A DNA stretch of 64,000 nt from a virus. The stretch spans positions 1-64,000 of IMG/VR virus record IMGVR_UViG_3300020601_000007; one strand, written 5' to 3'. Shown in pieces: positions 1-10,140 of the stretch. The stretch's first letter is position 1. Each line of letters starts with the position of its first letter. Both the position numbers and the translations under genes were made by a program. Under the pieces are notes generated by a model. It saw only the letters and a list, made by a program, of their open reading frames with translations, was not told where the DNA came from and did not search any database.

Positions 1-622
1 CAAGGAGTGAAGCGGGTGCGTCAGCGAGCGAAAGGAGTTTCTCATCATTGAGTTCAATCGAACCATCCTCGTCCAAAAGTGACTCTGGGAAGATGAAAAT
101 GATGCTAAGGGCGACTGCTTCGCCGTCCTTATTCCTTCCAAGGAGACAGGGATAAAGACCATCGCCTAAACCGGCATCTGTCCAGACCCCATCCTCATTG
201 GCATTCCACCAGTAGTTGTCTGGGTCTTTCTCATATCGGTCGTATTCCCACTCTCGTGCAGCCTGTCCGTCTTCGTTGTTGTATTTCACAGCATTCCAAA
301 TGCTCATCCGTCCACTGTCGACGCCAAGGCTTGAGTTGTATTCCCATTCGCTGACTTTTTCGTAGCGCCTCATTCCTTCAGCCCTCGGGCTTTTCCGGAT
401 GATACGCAGTCTTGCGACTCGCTCGCCGAAATTGTAGGTTTTTTCCTCACCTTCTTTGGTGGTGTATTGGCCTGTTATCTCGCCTCGAGCAACCCGGACT
501 TCGTATTCTCCGGGCTTCATCGCTATTTCAAATTCGCCGACTTCTGTGCCCACGCTGTAACACGGGTCAGTTGCGGCCACGCTCTCACCGAGCGTGATGT
601 TGCAGAGTTTTTGCTCTTGCAC
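1..622 (-). CDS. DUF4241-like protein, partial (runs off the left edge)
   Basis: Not in the ORF track because there is no stop in the window. Manual translation from motif GTG at 622 is open to base 1 and contains LGVDSG...GLGDGLYPCLLGRNKDGEAVALSIIF. Confidence 0.6.
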   Translation of the reverse strand, partial: MQEQKLCNITLGESVAATDPCYSVGTEVGEFEIAMKPGEYEVRVARGEITGQYTTKEGEEKTYNFGERVARLRIIRKSPRAEGMRRYEKVSEWEYNSSLGVDSGRMSIWNAVKYNNEDGQAAREWEYDRYEKDPDNYWWNANEDGVWTDAGLGDGLYPCLLGRNKDGEAVALSIIFIFPESLLDEDGSIELNDEKLLSLADAPASLL

Positions 623-629
623 GATTGGC

Positions 630-1067
630 TCATTCGTTTTTGAGCCGTTGACATTTTCGACAGTGCCCCCAGTCACACCATTTGGACGGGTGGGCTTCTT
701 CGATGAAATCCATGACCAAGTCAGCGTAGTGCTCGTCGTGCATGGTTTCCATGATGTGTTCAGAAAATTGGAGTCGTTCCTCCAGAACGTCGATTTTGTC
801 GTAGGTTCTCTTCAACTCAGCAATCAGGTCAGGAACGGCGGCCATAGCAATCAAATTACAATGGTCTTCCACCGTCAGGAGTCCGTCATTGTTTATCACG
901 TTGTAATTCCAAGACGGGTATTGGGCGATGATAGAGTTGTTGCGTCCCGCCTCTTCAGCATGGATTTCGCCTCCATCATGTTCCCATTTTCCTTCTGACA
1001 TACCTTCAAACTGAGTCAAGTCGATTCGCTGCGGCTTGTCCGCAGTTGGTTCATCGTTTGATGACAC
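630..1067 (-). CDS. hypothetical protein
   Basis: ORF 630..1154; in-frame CAATC-GTG start at 1067, directly after the primase stop. Confidence 0.7.
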   Translation of the reverse strand: MSSNDEPTADKPQRIDLTQFEGMSEGKWEHDGGEIHAEEAGRNNSIIAQYPSWNYNVINNDGLLTVEDHCNLIAMAAVPDLIAELKRTYDKIDVLEERLQFSEHIMETMHDEHYADLVMDFIEEAHPSKWCDWGHCRKCQRLKNE

Positions 1068-1074
1068 GATTGCC

Positions 1075-2205
1075 TCACCACAAAGGTGGGCTTGGTTCAA
1101 AGTCGTCCAAGTCATCTGCGTTGATGACTTGACACAGGCGTCCTCTCTTGCCATGAATGGTTCCCGGTAGACGAATGATTCGTCTTGGGTCAGGGGTGAC
1201 GTCGTAGTCGATGAGGATTCCTTCTCTCTTCACACGCTTGACAAACCATGTTTTCCATGCCTTGTCGAGTCGTTGGAGTTTTGCCGAGGGTGTATGCTTG
1301 TTCCCTGCTCGGTAGAGTTTCTCAATGCTCTCTTTCGCCTCGCCGTGTAGATTCGGTTCGAGTCTCCAGCCGAAGTCAATGAGGTGGAATCCTTTACCGC
1401 CACTGAAAACAATGACGGGTTCTTGGTCCGATACGATGTCTTGTTCCTGATACCATTCCAACAGTTTCTTCGTTTCCGCTGCTGATTCCTCGAACGTCTC
1501 CATTTCGTAGTCGACGTCGAAATACAGTTCACGGAAGAAAAATGTGTTGTTCCTGACATGGGACATTCCTTTCTTCTTGAATTTCTTGGCACCGCCCTTG
1601 CTTAGCGGGTCGGGGCCGATGGATTGCGGGTTATACCATGCACCAGTTGAATAATACACATGGTGCGGGGCATATTGCATCAAGCGACGTTTGAGGTTTT
1701 TCTTGCCTCTTTCGTCGTTCTTGAATGTGTCCAGCAATTTCATGACGCGCATCCGTTGCTGCCGTTCGTCCCAGATGAAGAAGCGTAATTGCCTCCACTG
1801 AGCGTAGGGCGGGAGCCACAAGTTGTTGTGGTCCACATTCTGGTAGTAGCGTCGTATGGCGCGTGTTCTGCGCCTCATTACCAATCGTTGTTGCTCTTTC
1901 CATTCTGGGGTCTGTCGTAGCGATACATCGAAGCATCGTCGAAGAGCCCTTGCCGTCAGCGTAGCCAGCGGTAGTGCAGGGCAGTCGCAATCGTTTGCTC
2001 CTTTCCTATCACATGCTGGGTGATGTTGCTTCGGGAAATATTTCCCGAAGAGGCTGATGACATTCAATGGATTGCGAATAAATGAACGGAGGTCATAGGC
2101 GTGGTGTTCACAGAACACCTCACCCGGCTTCGCTTCCAATTTGCAGCGAGTTCCGTCTTTCTTCGTAGCGTCACAACGAGTGTAGTTGTGTTCCCATTCG
2201 GTCAC
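1075..2205 (-). CDS. priS: archaeo-eukaryotic primase catalytic (small) subunit with N-terminal Cys/His finger
   Basis: AEP motifs RELYFDVD, FSGGKGFH, DYDVTPDPRRIIRLPGTIH; N-terminal CxATKKDGTRC...FCEHH; motif GTG start. Confidence 0.88.
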   Translation of the reverse strand: MTEWEHNYTRCDATKKDGTRCKLEAKPGEVFCEHHAYDLRSFIRNPLNVISLFGKYFPKQHHPACDRKGANDCDCPALPLATLTARALRRCFDVSLRQTPEWKEQQRLVMRRRTRAIRRYYQNVDHNNLWLPPYAQWRQLRFFIWDERQQRMRVMKLLDTFKNDERGKKNLKRRLMQYAPHHVYYSTGAWYNPQSIGPDPLSKGGAKKFKKKGMSHVRNNTFFFRELYFDVDYEMETFEESAAETKKLLEWYQEQDIVSDQEPVIVFSGGKGFHLIDFGWRLEPNLHGEAKESIEKLYRAGNKHTPSAKLQRLDKAWKTWFVKRVKREGILIDYDVTPDPRRIIRLPGTIHGKRGRLCQVINADDLDDFEPSPPLW

Positions 2206-2223
2206 GATTGCTCTTTTCGAGCG

Positions 2224-2745
2224 TTATTTGGGAGTTCCATCACCATGATGATACGTGTGGGGTCGGTATTCACAAGTGACAAGGTCACAGAGGTTGTTCT
2301 TTGCTGTATAAACAGTCGCACCGCACGTTTCACACGTTTTTGTCGCATGTTGCGATTGCCGCATGCGCTCGTAATGCAGTTCGGATAGTTCCGAAGCGCT
2401 TCGCGCTGGAATCCTTTGACTCTCGAGTGCTTCGTCGAGCCAAATGCTGTGTGTGTAGTTTTCATCGTTGATGTTGCTCCATACGAGGATGCGGATTCTG
2501 CCGCCTTCGTTTTCAACCTTTATCTGCGCTCCGTGCCCATCGACCGACATCGCGTCACCGTAGCCTTTGAACATCAGGTAAAAACCGTCGTGGTTTTCAC
2601 TGTTGTCGTTGGCTGTTTGTGATGAAACGATTTTGTAGGCGACTGATTCGCCCTCGTCGTTCCAAGGTTTGATGATTCCTCGATTCAGAATTTTGATTGT
2701 TGGTTCATTGTTCCACCAATCTTCTATGTCTTTTTCTTCAGACAC
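2224..2745 (-). CDS. hypothetical protein with C-terminal CxxC
   Basis: In-frame CATTC-GTG start at 2745. Confidence 0.7.
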   Translation of the reverse strand: MSEEKDIEDWWNNEPTIKILNRGIIKPWNDEGESVAYKIVSSQTANDNSENHDGFYLMFKGYGDAMSVDGHGAQIKVENEGGRIRILVWSNINDENYTHSIWLDEALESQRIPARSASELSELHYERMRQSQHATKTCETCGATVYTAKNNLCDLVTCEYRPHTYHHGDGTPK

Positions 2746-2755
2746 GAATGAGGAC

Positions 2756-2959
2756 TCAGTCCTCTTGTTGTTGCAGTTTCTCCCACGCATTGTCAACACG
2801 AGCATTGTCAGGCATTTCTAAGCCCCATGCATTCCAAATTGCCTCTTCACATGTCTTGCAGTATCGAGGAACGATGTTTCCATGGTGGTCAACATCAAGG
2901 TCGATTTTCGGCAAGGAAATGCGGCATTTGAAACAGAGGGAACCGTCGTAGTCCTTCAT
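2756..2959 (-). CDS. small CxxC/CxxC zinc-finger protein
   Basis: ATG overlaps the upstream stop (ATGA); CFKC...CKTC. Confidence 0.6.
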   Translation of the reverse strand: MKDYDGSLCFKCRISLPKIDLDVDHHGNIVPRYCKTCEEAIWNAWGLEMPDNARVDNAWEKLQQQED

Positions 2960-3375
2960 TCTCGTCTCTCCGGAGCGGGGGGGTTTGGATTCAATACAGC
3001 CCATTGGCTCTTGCATCCTTTGCACCAAAAGTTGAACGTTTTTTTCGCAACCGCGACTTGGGCGAGTTCGCCACAGCCGTCGCAGACATCATCACCAACA
3101 TCATAGTGTCGGATACCACGGAGAGAGGCCGCTTTGGCCAACTTGAGGAACCTTTCAGTGTATTCGGGGTTCATCATGGTCTCGACCGTTTTGTTTTTCA
3201 GTTCAAGGTCGGAGATGGTGTCTTTCGCGATTTGTTCAACCGCCTCGTTGTAAGAGGCTCCGCACGAGGAACACAAGACTTGCGTTTCAGAGTCACGCTG
3301 GTCGTGTGCCATTCTGTGCATTTTGATTCGTGTGTCTAAGCAGAAGACACATGCTGGTGTATCATTGGATAACAC
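2956..3375 (-). CDS. double zinc-ribbon protein
   Basis: Motif GTG at 3375; four CxxC pairs. Confidence 0.65.
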   Translation of the reverse strand: MLSNDTPACVFCLDTRIKMHRMAHDQRDSETQVLCSSCGASYNEAVEQIAKDTISDLELKNKTVETMMNPEYTERFLKLAKAASLRGIRHYDVGDDVCDGCGELAQVAVAKKTFNFWCKGCKSQWAVLNPNPPAPERRE

Positions 3376-3382
3376 GATTGCC

Positions 3383-3697
3383 TTACGAGGTGGCGTAATA
3401 TCGACTGTCTGGTGGACAGTCGCACTTTTGCTTTTCACCGTAAGGCGTTGTGGTGAGACACTCTTTTTCTCCCTCCCAATACCGACACACTACCCCGTAG
3501 TATTCGGGGTCATCTTCAGCGAGGTGCAGGCAATTGGGACATAGGTCTCGGTTGTGGTGAGGGTGCATGGTGATGTGCCAGCCTTCCTCATTTTCAGCGC
3601 AAGAAACACAGAAGGCACCACAGTTGGAGCAGTCGATGCTCTCATCTGGGCATTCCTCGTTGCATTTGTTGCACTTTGGTGTCCATTCATTGGTCAC
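3383..3697 (-). CDS. Cys-rich zinc-finger protein
   Basis: Motif GTG start; several CxxC. Confidence 0.65.
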   Translation of the reverse strand: MTNEWTPKCNKCNEECPDESIDCSNCGAFCVSCAENEEGWHITMHPHHNRDLCPNCLHLAEDDPEYYGVVCRYWEGEKECLTTTPYGEKQKCDCPPDSRYYATS

Positions 3698-3718
3698 GAT
3701 TGCCCGAAGGCATGGACC

Positions 3719-4543
3719 TCATTGGGTCCAGAAAGGATGGTCGTCTTCTTCGGTCTTGGCCCAAAAGCACCCTGATACGCCCCGTCCAAACGGGAGCATA
3801 GAGAATGATGCTTTTTCATCGGTAGACCAGCGCATGGCGGCTATCATCCGCCAACCTGAAGCAATCAGAATGAACGGTAGTTGTGCTTCAAGGCTCGGGT
3901 CAAGAGCCTCGCTGCAACCTTCGTTCTCAAAAACACTGACGATGTGTTTCCACATCTCTTGTGTTGTTCTGGCAAAGTGTCTTCGTAGCACCCAGCGCTC
4001 CCGTAGGATTTCGGGGCGTGTTTGCACTGGGTTGTGCTCGAGGATAAATTCCTCACACAGAACCACAAGTTGCTGTATCAGAGCGTCTTCTTTGACACGC
4101 TGGTCCCACACTGTGCTTGCACGGAAATGGTTGTGAAGGTCCTGAGGATTCAATTTCCAAAGTTCCTTCTTTCCGTCATACAGTTTGGCACTTTTGACTT
4201 CATCCAGTGGAGCAGATTGTTCTGGCTCCGTGGTGGTTGTTGGCATGAACGTTCTCATTTCGAGACCACGTTCGTTGGCTATCGTTGTGAGCAAGTGCTC
4301 CTTGAATTTCGTAGCCACCTCAGTGATTGTTTTCCGAGAGTCGTCTTCGTCGCTGCCTCCATCGCCTTGCAGGAACTTGTTCAGTCCCTGCTCAGCCTCG
4401 AGCAGCATGCCAAAATAAATTTCGACGGCTTGACGTGTCTTCTGCATGATGGTGACGAACTGTCCGACAGGTATCGGGGTTTCAAGTTCGATTCCATCAC
4501 AAGAAACAACGTTGCCGTCGTTATCCATGTGGATTCCTTCCAC
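3719..4543 (-). CDS. hypothetical protein
   Basis: 274 aa; motif GTG start. Confidence 0.75.
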   Translation of the reverse strand: MEGIHMDNDGNVVSCDGIELETPIPVGQFVTIMQKTRQAVEIYFGMLLEAEQGLNKFLQGDGGSDEDDSRKTITEVATKFKEHLLTTIANERGLEMRTFMPTTTTEPEQSAPLDEVKSAKLYDGKKELWKLNPQDLHNHFRASTVWDQRVKEDALIQQLVVLCEEFILEHNPVQTRPEILRERWVLRRHFARTTQEMWKHIVSVFENEGCSEALDPSLEAQLPFILIASGWRMIAAMRWSTDEKASFSMLPFGRGVSGCFWAKTEEDDHPFWTQ

Positions 4544-4552
4544 GATTGGAGG

Positions 4553-4732
4553 TCAAGACCTCCGGTGAACCTCAGCCACCATTTCATGAATCGGGTTTGG
4601 TCCCTTGTTGATACGGACCAGTGCGCCTTGTTCGTAAAGGAACTCGGCTGCACTCCATTCAGAAGTGGGCTGAAATCTCTTGTCGCGCCATTGGCTGCGA
4701 CGGGCTGCGAAATACGGCGAAGGTTCGGTCAT
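4553..4732 (-). CDS. small hypothetical protein (59 aa, below the ORF-track cutoff)
   Basis: ATGA overlap with the upstream stop; its TGA lies in the junction hairpin at 4548-4563. Confidence 0.55.
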   Translation of the reverse strand: MTEPSPYFAARRSQWRDKRFQPTSEWSAAEFLYEQGALVRINKGPNPIHEMVAEVHRRS

Positions 4733-4932
4733 TGGTAGTCCTCCTCTTCAAACTCGGCTTGTTCGTTGGCTATCTGCTTTGCCTTGTCTCGCTCTTCGGC
4801 GAGAGCAGAGACGGCTTTGCTGAAAGCCTGTGCAACTTCTTCAGACCTGACTTGAGACGCCATGTCAATCAACATGGCAGTCGCATTTCTGAGGCCTTCG
4901 TAGTAGCCGAGGTGATAGTCAGAGGAACTCAT
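4729..4932 (-). CDS. small hypothetical protein
   Basis: ATGA overlap; GAGGAGGA RBS. Confidence 0.6.
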   Translation of the reverse strand: MSSSDYHLGYYEGLRNATAMLIDMASQVRSEEVAQAFSKAVSALAEERDKAKQIANEQAEFEEEDYQ

Positions 4933-5270
4933 TCCTCCTCACTCCTCTTTTGCATTTCGCTTGCTGGGATTTCTCCATCAGCGGTGAGGACAATGTCCTC
5001 TTCTTCACATGTCTCGTGGTAAATGGTCTTCTTCAGCGACTTCAAGGGGTAGTCGTTACCGTTCCATTCGCCGTGATATGAAAACACGGCGTGAACAGCC
5101 ACTTCCTTGAAGTGGATGCTCTGGGACTGTGCCACCGCGATGGCAATTTCCTTTTTGTCGTATCTGAACCGTTCCACGTGGGCATGGTCGTTTGTGCATT
5201 CGACCTCGAAGTAGGCGTCAAATTCTCCTGACTGCGCTACCGCGAGGATGGTGTGTGTGCTTGCGCTCAC
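4929..5270 (-). CDS. hypothetical protein
   Basis: Motif GTG at 5270 (alternative ATG at 5291). Confidence 0.65.
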   Translation of the reverse strand: MSASTHTILAVAQSGEFDAYFEVECTNDHAHVERFRYDKKEIAIAVAQSQSIHFKEVAVHAVFSYHGEWNGNDYPLKSLKKTIYHETCEEEDIVLTADGEIPASEMQKRSEEE

Positions 5271-5287
5271 GATTGAGACGAAGGGAA

Positions 5288-5875
5288 TCATTCCTCTTCG
5301 GTCTCGGGGACGGGGTCGTCCACATTTTCGGTGTGAATCAAGTTCTTGAAAATCAGGCTGTATGCTCGGGAAGCAACCGGACCTTGCAGCAGGTTAATCC
5401 AATCCCTTTTGTTCCACTCAGCGTATTCACTGTCGGTCGTGGCAACGAAAGGAACCATCGTTTGATTCCCTGTTTCGACGCAATCATAGGTGTATTCTCC
5501 TGTGTTCACGTCAGCCACAAAAAACATGTGGGGCATAGCGCCCTCAAATCTGAGGCGCCCTTCAAATGTGCAATTGTAAAACACGATGTAATCATCGCTA
5601 TCGCAAGTGAAGGTCACGTTTCGGAATACGCATCGTGTGAAAGCATTTGAAGTTCCATCGTCCAGTCGACCTCGAAAATTCAGTTGTTCGTAGGTCTCAT
5701 TTCGGTAGGAGTTACCAATCATTGGGCGTATTGGCCTCGTTCCCCGGCTTTCCCGGTAGCGGGCCAACGTCTGTTTCAATTCATTGATTTCTTCCTGCAA
5801 CTCCTCCATTTTCGAGGCTTTGCTTGTGATTTCGGGCGGCTTGAGCCGCCATAAGAGAGTTTTGTCTTCTCTCAC
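5288..5875 (-). CDS. hypothetical protein with a short beta-helix-like (FxxxxF) segment
   Basis: Motif GTG at 5875; FTRCVFRNVTF...FYNCTFEG. Confidence 0.6.
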   Translation of the reverse strand: MREDKTLLWRLKPPEITSKASKMEELQEEINELKQTLARYRESRGTRPIRPMIGNSYRNETYEQLNFRGRLDDGTSNAFTRCVFRNVTFTCDSDDYIVFYNCTFEGRLRFEGAMPHMFFVADVNTGEYTYDCVETGNQTMVPFVATTDSEYAEWNKRDWINLLQGPVASRAYSLIFKNLIHTENVDDPVPETEEE

Positions 5876-5883
5876 GATTGAGG

Positions 5884-6144
5884 CTAATCGCCTCGTGTGT
5901 AGTAAAAGTGCTGTATTCGGCAGGGGAGCACGACGGTCAAATTGCACTCGTCGCAGCATCTCCCCAGTGTCACCGGCGTTGGGTTGTGCCCCATGCCATG
6001 AAACCGGATACCGCAGATGGCACATTTGTGCCAGTGCTTTATGATGATTTCAATCGGAACGCCTGTTTCATTGGCTAACGCCATTTCTTGCTCTGTGACA
6101 AGGTGTTCAGGTTTCCCGGTTAAGCGCCTTTTCAGATTGCTCAC
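5884..6144 (-). CDS. small zinc-finger protein
   Basis: Motif GTG; CAIC...GHNPTPV...RCCDECN. Confidence 0.65.
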   Translation of the reverse strand: MSNLKRRLTGKPEHLVTEQEMALANETGVPIEIIIKHWHKCAICGIRFHGMGHNPTPVTLGRCCDECNLTVVLPCRIQHFYYTRGD

Positions 6145-6155
6145 GATTGCCTCCG

Positions 6156-6512
6156 TCAGTTTCTCACCTTGAGGGTGTTTTCAGGATAAGCGAGGTTCCC
6201 ACAGTTGGGGCAAAGGAAATCAGTGTCTGTGTTGTCTGTTTCCTCTTTGAGGACTGCTTTCTGTCCGTGCTGAGATTGTCTCCAGCCGCACCAGTGTTCA
6301 GTCCTGACTTGTCTGATGTGTTTGCATTCGTAACTCGGCTTTTTCACATGGTGTAAAATCCAGCCGGGGCACGAGCAGCGCCATTCCCGTGTCAGTTTGT
6401 TCGTCGACGGGCGGTAGATGTCTTGAATTGACACTTCGTATGACACATCATCTCTTGATTCAGACGAGACTTCAATTTTGAAGCGCTCGTTGGAGATACA
6501 TGCGTATTTCAC
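6156..6512 (-). CDS. SWIM zinc-finger protein
   Basis: CSCPGW...CKHI (CxC-x(n)-CxH) plus CPNCG; motif GTG. Confidence 0.75.
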   Translation of the reverse strand: MKYACISNERFKIEVSSESRDDVSYEVSIQDIYRPSTNKLTREWRCSCPGWILHHVKKPSYECKHIRQVRTEHWCGWRQSQHGQKAVLKEETDNTDTDFLCPNCGNLAYPENTLKVRN

Positions 6513-6521
6513 GATTGGGGC

Positions 6522-7832
6522 TCATTCGTCCCCGGTCTCATCATCAAGTTCGATGTTCATGAGTTGTCGCAGGCGGTTGGCCTGCTGTTGGCTCTTTGAG
6601 GTGACAGCAAGAAGGCGGGCATCGAAGGCGTTCTGAACCCCTGATTGGGGAGCAGTAGCCTCGGTAATGCCGCTGCCGACTACCTGTCGCATGTTTCCGA
6701 GTTTCCTCTTCAAATCACGCTGCTCACGGAACAAACGGTCGATTTCCTTTGGCAGGTCCTCGTCGTCTGAATCGCGCACAACGGTGAGTAGGTCTTCGTA
6801 GTATGCGTTCACCGAAGAGACAACTTCTCGAGCAACGTCCTGTCGCAGATATTCCATCTGGCGGGCGTCGTCAACATATCCAAGAAGACGGAAGGTCGTT
6901 GCCGACGAAGCCGTGACACGCACGAGTTCGCCGTCTTCTCCTTCTTCGTAGGAGTCTTCTATCAGGTTCACAGTTCCGAACCAGTTGATGAGTTCCGAAA
7001 AGGGCACGAGGTATTCCATGTAGCGTTGGTCTCGATTCCAGTCGGGGATGTAGTAGACACCGCCGGAAGAACCTCCGAAGCGCATGCCGCCGACGTCCTT
7101 TACAGCACGTCGCATGATGGCACGCAGAGCCTCTTGGTCCACGGTGGTGGCTTCCCGAATCAATCCTTGTCGTAGGGTGTTGGTCACTTCCCGAATTTGC
7201 TCGGGACTCACCTTCACTGATGCATCCCATGGCGTGACTTCGTAAAGTCCAGCCAGTTCGCTCAGTTCCGCACGGGTCGAATTTTCCAGTGTTCGTCCAT
7301 GCAGGGTTTGGTGCACATATCGTCGGGTCCACTTGTAAAGTTCGCTTCCTCGTTGTGGTGGGATGTAGCGGATTCGGAAGAGGTCTTCCGTCACGCTGTC
7401 CCACTGTCCGGTAGCGACGTTCTTTCCTCGCCATCGGCGAACAAGTTTCCATTCCTTGCTATGTCGCAACATGACGACTTCGTAGAAGACTCTGGCGACT
7501 CTGTTGCCGCTTTTGTCTTCCCAGTCATCTGTCTCGACAAGACCAGCGTCTCGGTTCAAGTCCTTCAATGCAAAAGAGAAGGCTTTGCTTCCGCTCCGTG
7601 GTCTGGGCACCCAAGAATCCCAATCAATCCCATGGTGGGACCAATCGTATGGTTCTGATGCCCCGTAGCCGGGTATTCCCAACTCTCGTCCTTTCGAGAC
7701 CAATTCCTCATAGGGAACTGTGCCAGCAAAAATGGCATAGAACCCGAGGTGGCCCCGACAAGGGACTTCGGTGTTGTTACTCACGAAGCCCTCTTCTTCA
7801 AGCGGGCTTCTTTGGTTTGCGTCATTTGACAC
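6522..7832 (-). CDS. DUF6744/DUF3150-like protein
   Basis: GGVYYIP motif and helical C-terminus; motif GTG at 7832; family recalled, not searched. Confidence 0.5.
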   Translation of the reverse strand: MSNDANQRSPLEEEGFVSNNTEVPCRGHLGFYAIFAGTVPYEELVSKGRELGIPGYGASEPYDWSHHGIDWDSWVPRPRSGSKAFSFALKDLNRDAGLVETDDWEDKSGNRVARVFYEVVMLRHSKEWKLVRRWRGKNVATGQWDSVTEDLFRIRYIPPQRGSELYKWTRRYVHQTLHGRTLENSTRAELSELAGLYEVTPWDASVKVSPEQIREVTNTLRQGLIREATTVDQEALRAIMRRAVKDVGGMRFGGSSGGVYYIPDWNRDQRYMEYLVPFSELINWFGTVNLIEDSYEEGEDGELVRVTASSATTFRLLGYVDDARQMEYLRQDVAREVVSSVNAYYEDLLTVVRDSDDEDLPKEIDRLFREQRDLKRKLGNMRQVVGSGITEATAPQSGVQNAFDARLLAVTSKSQQQANRLRQLMNIELDDETGDE

Positions 7833-7867
7833 GATTGGCTCGCACAGCGGGCCGTAGTTGTTGGCTT

Positions 7868-8113
7868 TCAAGCCATCTCGTCAGACCATTCGTCACGCAC
7901 AGCGTTGGCGCTGGCGGATGCAGCCATCATGGCTTCCATCATGGTCAGACGGGCAAAGATATGAGCACACACGAATGTTGGTCCGATGATGCTGCCTCGT
8001 CCGGGCAGCGCCACTTCTACGACAACATCGTCCAAAGCAACCCCGTCAATGTTGAGGGTCACTTGACTTCCGATGTCTTCTTTCGTGTATGTTTTGTCGT
8101 TTTGATTCGACAC
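7868..8113 (-). CDS. hypothetical protein
   Basis: Motif GTG start. Confidence 0.6.
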   Translation of the reverse strand: MSNQNDKTYTKEDIGSQVTLNIDGVALDDVVVEVALPGRGSIIGPTFVCAHIFARLTMMEAMMAASASANAVRDEWSDEMA

Positions 8114-8123
8114 GATTGGACGC

Positions 8124-9026
8124 TCACAGGCGCCCGATGAAGTTGTCTCCGTGTTTTACCGTTCGCTTGGACGGCTTCACTTTTGAGACCTTCATAAGTC
8201 GGTTGTTGTTTTGAGGCCAGATGAATTCGTGATTCATCAGTTGTTCTCTGGTAATGAACCACCTGCCAGCGGGAATGTTCTTTTCCCGGCCTTCGGGGTC
8301 TCTTACCCTCACCGGTTTGGGGATGTCCAATACACATGGCGTATTCATCATGTTCACATGCTGAATGACACTTGGCTTCAGCCGCCCAGTGAAAGACGAA
8401 GGAACCCTTTCGAGGTCCTCTTCCTGTTTCCAAAAGTGCGGCAAGACTCCTTGCTGAGGGAAGTGAGAAACGTCCTCTTCCTCAGGGGGAAGAGCAAGTT
8501 TCAGCATCTCTCTGAATACAGGTGTGATGGTAGGGTCTCCCAATTGAGCATATTCTCCACATTGGAGATTGGTCCAAATTTCGTGCATGGCGTTGTGATA
8601 AATCGTCGCAACTGCTTGCTTACGGTAAGGTTGTTGTGCAGTTTGCAGTGCTTCCGGTAAGACACGTCGCATCGTTGACGTCGTGCTTTCCTCACGCATC
8701 ATGTAAAACAACCCTTCCTCCGGGTTGGTTTGCGGAACGTTGCACGTGGGGTTGAATTGGTAAAAGACCAACCAGAAATCCTGAGAGAGTCTCAAGTGGA
8801 TGGTCGGTGTATTGTGTTTCCTCGCGGTCCCGTTCGTTAAGTCGACGGGGTAACTCACGACTTTTTCCCGAACATGTTGCGGAACAAACAGGTTAGTAGT
8901 GTATCCTTGGGCATTGGTTGTAAATTGTTCCAAGAAACGTTCGTTTGACACGGTCGGGTGTATTTTGATTCTGTCACTCATGAGCAGTTGCTCGAGAGTG
9001 AGATTGGGGCTATTGGTTTCAGCCAC
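8124..9026 (-). CDS. hypothetical protein
   Basis: 300 aa; motif GTG start. Confidence 0.75.
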   Translation of the reverse strand: MAETNSPNLTLEQLLMSDRIKIHPTVSNERFLEQFTTNAQGYTTNLFVPQHVREKVVSYPVDLTNGTARKHNTPTIHLRLSQDFWLVFYQFNPTCNVPQTNPEEGLFYMMREESTTSTMRRVLPEALQTAQQPYRKQAVATIYHNAMHEIWTNLQCGEYAQLGDPTITPVFREMLKLALPPEEEDVSHFPQQGVLPHFWKQEEDLERVPSSFTGRLKPSVIQHVNMMNTPCVLDIPKPVRVRDPEGREKNIPAGRWFITREQLMNHEFIWPQNNNRLMKVSKVKPSKRTVKHGDNFIGRL

Positions 9027-9035
9027 GAATGAGGC

Positions 9036-9299
9036 TCATTGAGCCTCGGTTTTTTGCGTTTCGGAGTCTTCCTCTTCTTCTTTGTGAACAACTCGCATGT
9101 AGTGTGTTGGTGCGTTGTCACTTTTGCGGAAGTCTTTCGGCCATATTTCGATGGTGTCTCCGTATTGCAGTCGGCGAAACGCCATGAGGTCGACCTTACC
9201 GTCTTCAAGTTTGACGGTGTAGTAGGTCTTGTCTTCGCGTTTCAGGTTCTTGATTGTTCGGACCCAAAGGCCCGTGAGGTAGGTGTTGAGCCGTCCCAC
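9036..9299 (-). CDS. hypothetical protein
   Basis: Motif GTG start. Confidence 0.65.
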   Translation of the reverse strand: MGRLNTYLTGLWVRTIKNLKREDKTYYTVKLEDGKVDLMAFRRLQYGDTIEIWPKDFRKSDNAPTHYMRVVHKEEEEDSETQKTEAQ

Positions 9300-9308
9300 G
9301 AATGTTCC

Positions 9309-9746
9309 TCAGTGTATCAGTGCTTCACAATGACACAGACCGAAGAACTTGTCGAAGGCGTATGTCCCCGGATTGAGTTGCTTCAATGCGTTGGACGGGC
9401 CTTCGAGTTGGACCGTGAACGGAGTAGGTCCGAGAACCTCCTCCATGTTTTCCCATGGTTCAGTCGACAGATACACTGTGGCTTCGTAAAGCGAAGTGTG
9501 CTGTCGATTCAGAGTTTTCATGGTGACTTTGAACACGGCGTATTCCTGCGTGCGTTTCAGCAACGTAAAGGAAAACGTCCGTTCCAATCCACCTGCAACT
9601 TCTGTTGGGAACTCTCTTTTGTGAGAGTGCACGAATTCGTATTTCAGGAAATCTGCTACATCAACGTAGATTCGCCCGTATTGGTTGTATCTCCGTTTGA
9701 TGGTTTCCTCGGTTTCGTTTCCCATTCGGTTTAGACGCCTGTCCAC
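9309..9746 (-). CDS. hypothetical protein
   Basis: GTG preceded by GAGGA; tiles between neighbours. Confidence 0.6.
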   Translation of the reverse strand: MDRRLNRMGNETEETIKRRYNQYGRIYVDVADFLKYEFVHSHKREFPTEVAGGLERTFSFTLLKRTQEYAVFKVTMKTLNRQHTSLYEATVYLSTEPWENMEEVLGPTPFTVQLEGPSNALKQLNPGTYAFDKFFGLCHCEALIH

Positions 9747-10129
9747 TCCTCTTCACCTCCGGAGAGGCGAGAAAGGAATTGCTCGACAAAGCGGTTCCAG
9801 ACATCGGGGTTGTTCACGTATCGTGGTTGTATGAGATTTGTTGCATAGATGAAATACGGGAGAGCGTGTTCCCTGAATTCCCTTCCCCGTTGATTGAGTC
9901 CAGTAGCAGTGAAGAACGAAGTCGCATCAACCATGGATGCGACGTCGTCTGCTTGCTGCTGTATTTTGAAAAGCAAGTTCGACACTCGCATTCCAACTTT
10001 CATTCCCTGCACTCGCAGGTAGGGGGGGATGAATTCTTCTCGGTTTATCCCGAGGTGTATCCATCCATTTTTGAGAACCCGGTTGCTCTTGTAGGGTTCA
10101 TCCACACGGTTTTCACATTGTGTTTCCAC
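9731..10129 (-). CDS. hypothetical protein
   Basis: Motif GTG at 10129. Confidence 0.65.
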   Translation of the reverse strand: METQCENRVDEPYKSNRVLKNGWIHLGINREEFIPPYLRVQGMKVGMRVSNLLFKIQQQADDVASMVDATSFFTATGLNQRGREFREHALPYFIYATNLIQPRYVNNPDVWNRFVEQFLSRLSGGEEEWTGV

Positions 10130-10140
10130 GAATGAAGTGG